The notes under the pieces: generated by a model
What the model saw: the letters and a program-made list of their open reading frames with translations, nothing else
Databases searched by the model: none
Told to the model about the DNA's origin: nothing
Program-made: the position numbers and the translations under genes
Shown: in pieces, positions 60,326 to 64,000 of the stretch
Numbering within the stretch: position 1 is the first letter of the stretch
Layout of the letters: each line of letters starts with the position of its first letter
Source of the DNA: Oligoflexia bacterium
Lineage (GTDB): Bacteria > Bdellovibrionota > UBA1018
Length of the DNA: 64,000 nt
Reading direction: 5' to 3'
Assembly (NCBI GenBank): GCA_014378465.1
Contig: JACMNQ010000057.1
Span: 134,103-198,102, forward strand

Positions 60326-60780
60326 GTGGCGGGAGCGGCTGACTTCGGAGCTTCATCCTGAACGGGCTGAGCAGGCTGTGCTCCCGGGACCTGGCCGTTT
60401 TGATGAGCTGCGGATCCACATTCGTAGAGTCGAATCAGGCGCGCACCATGATAAGTGCCTCCTTTGTCGAGTTCCCACGGCGGATACGGGAAAAATTTCG
60501 CTTCGGCACATTGGCCGGAAGTGGCTACGGCCCACTGACGGTCTTCGCTGCTGGCCGTGTGAATCTCTCCGCGTTCGTCTTTGATCGCCACACCGAAAGA
60601 GTAAAGTTGCGCCTGGGTCACTCCACTTCCCACAATCGTGGTATTGGGATTCACCTTTTCAACATTCACGATCTGGCCGCGAATGGTCTTGGCAAAAACG
60701 TAACTGTAATACTTGACGCAGACAAACCCTGCGCTCAGCGCCAGAAGGACCAGAATGACGATGGAAAGAATCTTTTTCAC
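60319..60780 (-). CDS. Hypothetical membrane-anchored/secreted protein
   Basis: N-terminal signal-anchor MKKILSIVILVLLALSAGFV. Confidence 0.4.
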   Translation of the reverse strand: MKKILSIVILVLLALSAGFVCVKYYSYVFAKTIRGQIVNVEKVNPNTTIVGSGVTQAQLYSFGVAIKDERGEIHTASSEDRQWAVATSGQCAEAKFFPYPPWELDKGGTYHGARLIRLYECGSAAHQNGQVPGAQPAQPVQDEAPKSAAPATH

Positions 60781-60823
60781 AACTCGAACTTAAGCAGGAC
60801 CCGGCCCGGCATTCAAGCTGATT

Positions 60824-61143
60824 TTAACTTCTTGCCAGGAACTTGAGCCCCAGAGTTCCGGAGAGAATCAGCCCCAGGCAGAGGAGGCGCATGAAATCGC
60901 GCGGCTCGGCAAAGAAGAGAATTCCACAAAGTGCGGTGCCAGCCGCACCTATCCCGGTCCAGACCGCATACGAAGTTCCGAGGGGCAACGTTTTCATCGC
61001 CTGGGCGAGAAAGACGAAACTGAGAACCATGGCGAGGAGCCTGGACCTGCGCCTTGCAGAGAAGTCGCCTGCGAGAAGAACTTCAGTCCCAGAGCCCAGA
61101 CGATTTCAAGCAGTCCGGCGACGGTGAGGTAAAACCAGGCCAT
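60824..61143 (-). pseudogene. SMR-family (SugE/Gdx-like) small multidrug/guanidinium exporter gene with a frameshift
   Basis: N-terminal frame MAWFYLTVAGLLEIVWALGLKFFS runs into a stop after about 50 codons. The C-terminal frame (60824-61030) encodes AQAMKTLPLGTSYAVWTGIGAAGTALCGILFF...LGLKFLARS. Both match SugE, in different frames. Confidence 0.5.
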
Positions 61144-61164
61144 ATCAGTTCAAAACTCCAGGGC

Positions 61165-61608
61165 TCAATAATAGAAACGGCACTTCAGATTGCTGAAAGC
61201 CACTCCCGAGTTCCGATCGCGCGAGCGGAGAGAAGAGTCGTAGTCCTTGAAGACCTGCGGACGGACGTCCGGAAAAAGTCGGATATCCAGATTGAATCCT
61301 GCGGCCGTGAAATTGATCTGATTCATCACCCGGTCCAATCGAGCAAAGACGTTTCGATAGTCGAAGCGCTGAGCATCGGCCTGCTCCGGATTGATCGTCA
61401 GTGAAGCGTCTGAAAAGTAAGCGCTGGGAACAGACGAATTCTGCCAGATTTCGACCCGGACCTGAGCTTCGCCCGGACGTCTGAAGGTGTTCTCACACTC
61501 GACTGCATTCTGCGCATGAGCCTCGGCCCGGACCCATCCACTGGTCAGAAGTCCGCTGCTGAAGAAAGCCGAAAGCGTCATGAAGCGCAGAAGTGGAGTG
61601 GTTATCAT
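61165..61608 (-). CDS. Secreted hypothetical protein
   Basis: Signal peptide. No known domain. Confidence 0.35.
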   Translation of the reverse strand: MITTPLLRFMTLSAFFSSGLLTSGWVRAEAHAQNAVECENTFRRPGEAQVRVEIWQNSSVPSAYFSDASLTINPEQADAQRFDYRNVFARLDRVMNQINFTAAGFNLDIRLFPDVRPQVFKDYDSSLRSRDRNSGVAFSNLKCRFYY

Positions 61609-61689
61609 GAGGCCCCTGATACCTCATTCAGCGCCTCAGAACGAGTTATTTGGCAAGCAAATCCCTGAAGCGAACTTGGCCCGGATGCG

Positions 61690-62283
61690 TCAAACCGTCT
61701 GTAAAGCAGGCTCAATCTCATGAAAAGCCAGATTGAGCACTGGATAGTCGCGCCAGCCCTTGAAGTTGAAGTGCCACCACTCGAACTTGATGCCTTCGTA
61801 GCCTTGAGCTTCCATGGAGGACCTCAGAAGATCACGCGCCTGACGCGATTCTGAAGTGCCTCCCGGGTAGTTTGCGTAGGACCGTTCCGTCATTTCATCA
61901 AAGGCACTGGGCATCTCGACTTCGAGTCCGGTCTCGAGATCATGGAGTCCAAGGTCGATGGCGCAACCCCGGTTGTGGATGGAGCCGGACTCAGGATTGG
62001 CGACGAAGATTCTCTTCTCTTCAGGAGTTTCATCCCAGAAGATTTTTGTGACCGACCAGGGGCGATAGCCGTCGAAGATCAACAGACCGTAACCGTGCGG
62101 GAGGAGCGAGCGATGAACACGCAGCAGCGCCTCGGCAGCGGGCTTCTGAAGAAATGCGCGCGCTTCAGTATAAACGGCTCTTCCGATGAAATTGTCCGAA
62201 GTCGCATAGCGGACGTCCAGTCGAAAGGTAGGATCGACTTCGGGAAGCTCAACCAGTTCATGGCGCGTTTCAAAACTTTTCAT
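61690..62283 (-). CDS. ddpX: D-alanyl-D-alanine dipeptidase (VanX/DdpX, peptidase M15D)
   Basis: SIHNRGCAIDL zinc-ligand region and an EWWHF motif. Confidence 0.8.
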   Translation of the reverse strand: MKSFETRHELVELPEVDPTFRLDVRYATSDNFIGRAVYTEARAFLQKPAAEALLRVHRSLLPHGYGLLIFDGYRPWSVTKIFWDETPEEKRIFVANPESGSIHNRGCAIDLGLHDLETGLEVEMPSAFDEMTERSYANYPGGTSESRQARDLLRSSMEAQGYEGIKFEWWHFNFKGWRDYPVLNLAFHEIEPALQTV

Positions 62284-62372
62284 ACGATCTTGAAAGCCTA
62301 CCAGAGCATTTGAAATTGGCAAATTGATCTACGAACAGAATGAAAATGATGCGCCGGCAGTCATGAACGAAG

Positions 62373-63428
62373 TCATGGGCCGCTCCCTTCCCCGGCGAAT
62401 TCGGTGGACCACCATTTCTGAAACTGATCCGCCGCATCCTTCTGACCCAGGAGCCAGGAAGCTTTCACAAAAGCGCACTCAGGTGTCATCTCTCCGGCCC
62501 AGTAACAGCCTTCCTGGAGGAGTTCGCGCCCGGCGGCGTAGGCCTTGGGATCGATCTTCAGGCCTGAGGCTCGGCTCATGCCTTCAGTGGCGATGATGAC
62601 GGGCAGGTTCTTCTTCCGGGCCAAGCTGATCAGATTCATGAAAGCCGGATCATGGGTCGGCGCCGTTCCGGAAGGAAATGCCAGAAGCAGAAGCGCCGAG
62701 ACGGAATCCAGAAGTGAGTCCGCGATGACCTTCGATGGAAATCCGGGAGTCACATGAAGAAGCGCGATCTTCTCATTGAAGACGGGCTGCAGCTTTGGAA
62801 CACGCTTCAGCGGTCTTGTGGCCGAGCTCTGGGCATACTGGATCGTCGTCCCCACCATCGCCAGAGGTGCGGTGCGAGGACTTTCAAACGCCCTGAAGTC
62901 GGACGCGCTCTCCTTGCGAGCACGATTGCCCTGAAGCAGACGATCATCAAAGAAAATCATCACCTGATTCATCTGCGGGCGGGGTCCGTGAGCCGCGATC
63001 TCGACCGCAGAAATCAGATTGCGCCTGGCGTCCGTTCGAAGTGCCGCGAGGGGCTTTTGCGCGCCGGTCAGGATGACCGGCTTTTTGCAGGGGGCCAGTA
63101 AAAAAGAGAGAGCACTCGCGGTGTAAGAGAGCGTATCCGTACCATGAAGGACCACTACGCCGTCATACTTGTCCCAGCGTTTCCGAATGCGCTCGGCAAG
63201 CATCGCCCAGTCAGCCGGCCCGACATGGGCACTGTCCCGGTTCATCAGGACATCCACATCACAACGCGCGAGCTGTCTGAGTTCGGGAATGTGATCATGA
63301 AAACGCTTTCGCAGACTGGCCGGATTGAGCTTCGGAATCTTGAGCTGAGTCGAAGTGGACGAAGCCACCATGCCGAAGGTGCCGCCAGTGTAGACGATGA
63401 GGACGCGAGGCAATTGAGTCATGTTCAT
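62373..63428 (-). CDS. ansA: L-asparaginase, type I
   Basis: VLIVYTGGTFGM threonine signature and an HGTDTL motif. Confidence 0.85.
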   Translation of the reverse strand: MNMTQLPRVLIVYTGGTFGMVASSTSTQLKIPKLNPASLRKRFHDHIPELRQLARCDVDVLMNRDSAHVGPADWAMLAERIRKRWDKYDGVVVLHGTDTLSYTASALSFLLAPCKKPVILTGAQKPLAALRTDARRNLISAVEIAAHGPRPQMNQVMIFFDDRLLQGNRARKESASDFRAFESPRTAPLAMVGTTIQYAQSSATRPLKRVPKLQPVFNEKIALLHVTPGFPSKVIADSLLDSVSALLLLAFPSGTAPTHDPAFMNLISLARKKNLPVIIATEGMSRASGLKIDPKAYAAGRELLQEGCYWAGEMTPECAFVKASWLLGQKDAADQFQKWWSTEFAGEGSGP

Positions 63429-63497
63429 TTCTTACCTCAGCTTCGGAGCTTTTGACAGTTGCCCGTGAGTGTGTTGAGTTTTACCCGTGAGTTCACC

Positions 63498-64000
63498 ATG
63501 GATTTAATCTACTGGGTCCGGCATCTTGGCGCACGGCTCAGACTGCGACGCCAGGTGGGCCTCTGGTATCACCCGGACTATCCCGTCAAGGTGCTGGGGC
63601 TTTCAGCCCGGTCGCTGGGCATTCATGTCGATCGCGCCGAAGTTGCGATGAGCAGCCTCATCCAGAAACACATTTTGAAAGCTTCGGATCTCCACTCCTC
63701 ACCCCTGGTCTCCATTCAGGACCTGGAGCGGGTTCACTCTCAGGATTACCTGGAATCGACTTCTCGTCCTGAAGTTCTGAGTCGCATCTTCGGCCTTGAA
63801 CCTTCCATCTCCTTTGACGTGGATCAACTTCTGAAGGCCCAGCGCAGAGCCGTGGGAGGAACGCTCGCCTGCGCGCAAGCCGTGGTTGCCGGGAAGTACC
63901 GGATCGCGGTCAACCTAGGAGGCGGCTTTCACCACGCCGAGCCTGAGCGTGGGGCCGGGTTCTGCGTGTACAATGATGTGGCCGTCGCGATCGCCGTCCT
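63498..64000 (+). CDS. Histone-deacetylase-family protein (AcuC/HDAC-like), 3' end truncated by the window edge
   Basis: GGGFHHA and GFCVYND motifs. The ORF runs off the window. Confidence 0.75.
   Translation, partial: MDLIYWVRHLGARLRLRRQVGLWYHPDYPVKVLGLSARSLGIHVDRAEVAMSSLIQKHILKASDLHSSPLVSIQDLERVHSQDYLESTSRPEVLSRIFGLEPSISFDVDQLLKAQRRAVGGTLACAQAVVAGKYRIAVNLGGGFHHAEPERGAGFCVYNDVAVAIAV

Noticed and set aside
1-64000. CRISPR arrays, IS elements, integrases, rRNA
   Set aside because: No spaced direct-repeat arrays, no transposase/integrase-like ORFs (DDE, tyrosine recombinase motifs) and no rRNA-like conserved stretches were seen. The only tandem repeats are coding (helicase Gly tail).

Overview
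A 64-kb chromosomal segment at roughly 50-55% GC, densely coded on both strands, with a gene mix that suggests a deltaproteobacterial or Bdellovibrio-like genome (tentative). No transposase, integrase, CRISPR array or rRNA was found. Confident housekeeping calls include a partial acyl-CoA desaturase, folA-thyA, two RluA-type pseudouridine synthases, an rRNA methyltransferase, purE-purK, murF, tsaC/sua5, a MATE exporter, an ABC-F ATPase, an HD-GYP phosphodiesterase, an AI-2E transporter, a PAP2 phosphatase, HU, tesA-ybbA-ybbP, isocitrate lyase, a DEAD-box helicase, an SDR, MepA, an EamA transporter, CheY-like regulators, mgsA, a VanX-type dipeptidase, L-asparaginase and a partial HDAC-family deacetylase. 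One tRNA-Val(CAC) lies at 17915-17990 inside a stretch of decayed gene fragments. The unusual content is as follows. (1) A translationally coupled three-gene operon (52296-59391): a 1261-aa protein whose motif order indicates a circularly permuted ATP-grasp amidoligase fused to a long helical region and an HExxH motif, a 792-aa membrane-anchored protein, and a secreted or outer-membrane protein, with no recognisable characterised homologues. (2) A minus-strand operon rplX-rpmB-rpmE-rpsN ending 13 nt from a COG0523 GTPase; the L31, L28 and S14 copies are Cys-poor (zinc-independent type), consistent with a Zur-type zinc-sparing alternative ribosomal protein cluster that unusually includes an L24, with overlapping AT-rich palindromes in its leader. 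(3) Two adjacent decayed genes (thioredoxin-reductase-like and LigD-like ATP-dependent DNA ligase). (4) A frameshifted SMR/Gdx gene. (5) Several small secreted cysteine-rich proteins, one with a CCxxHD PLA2-like motif. Hand-counted coordinates not taken from the ORF track may be off by 1-2 nt.
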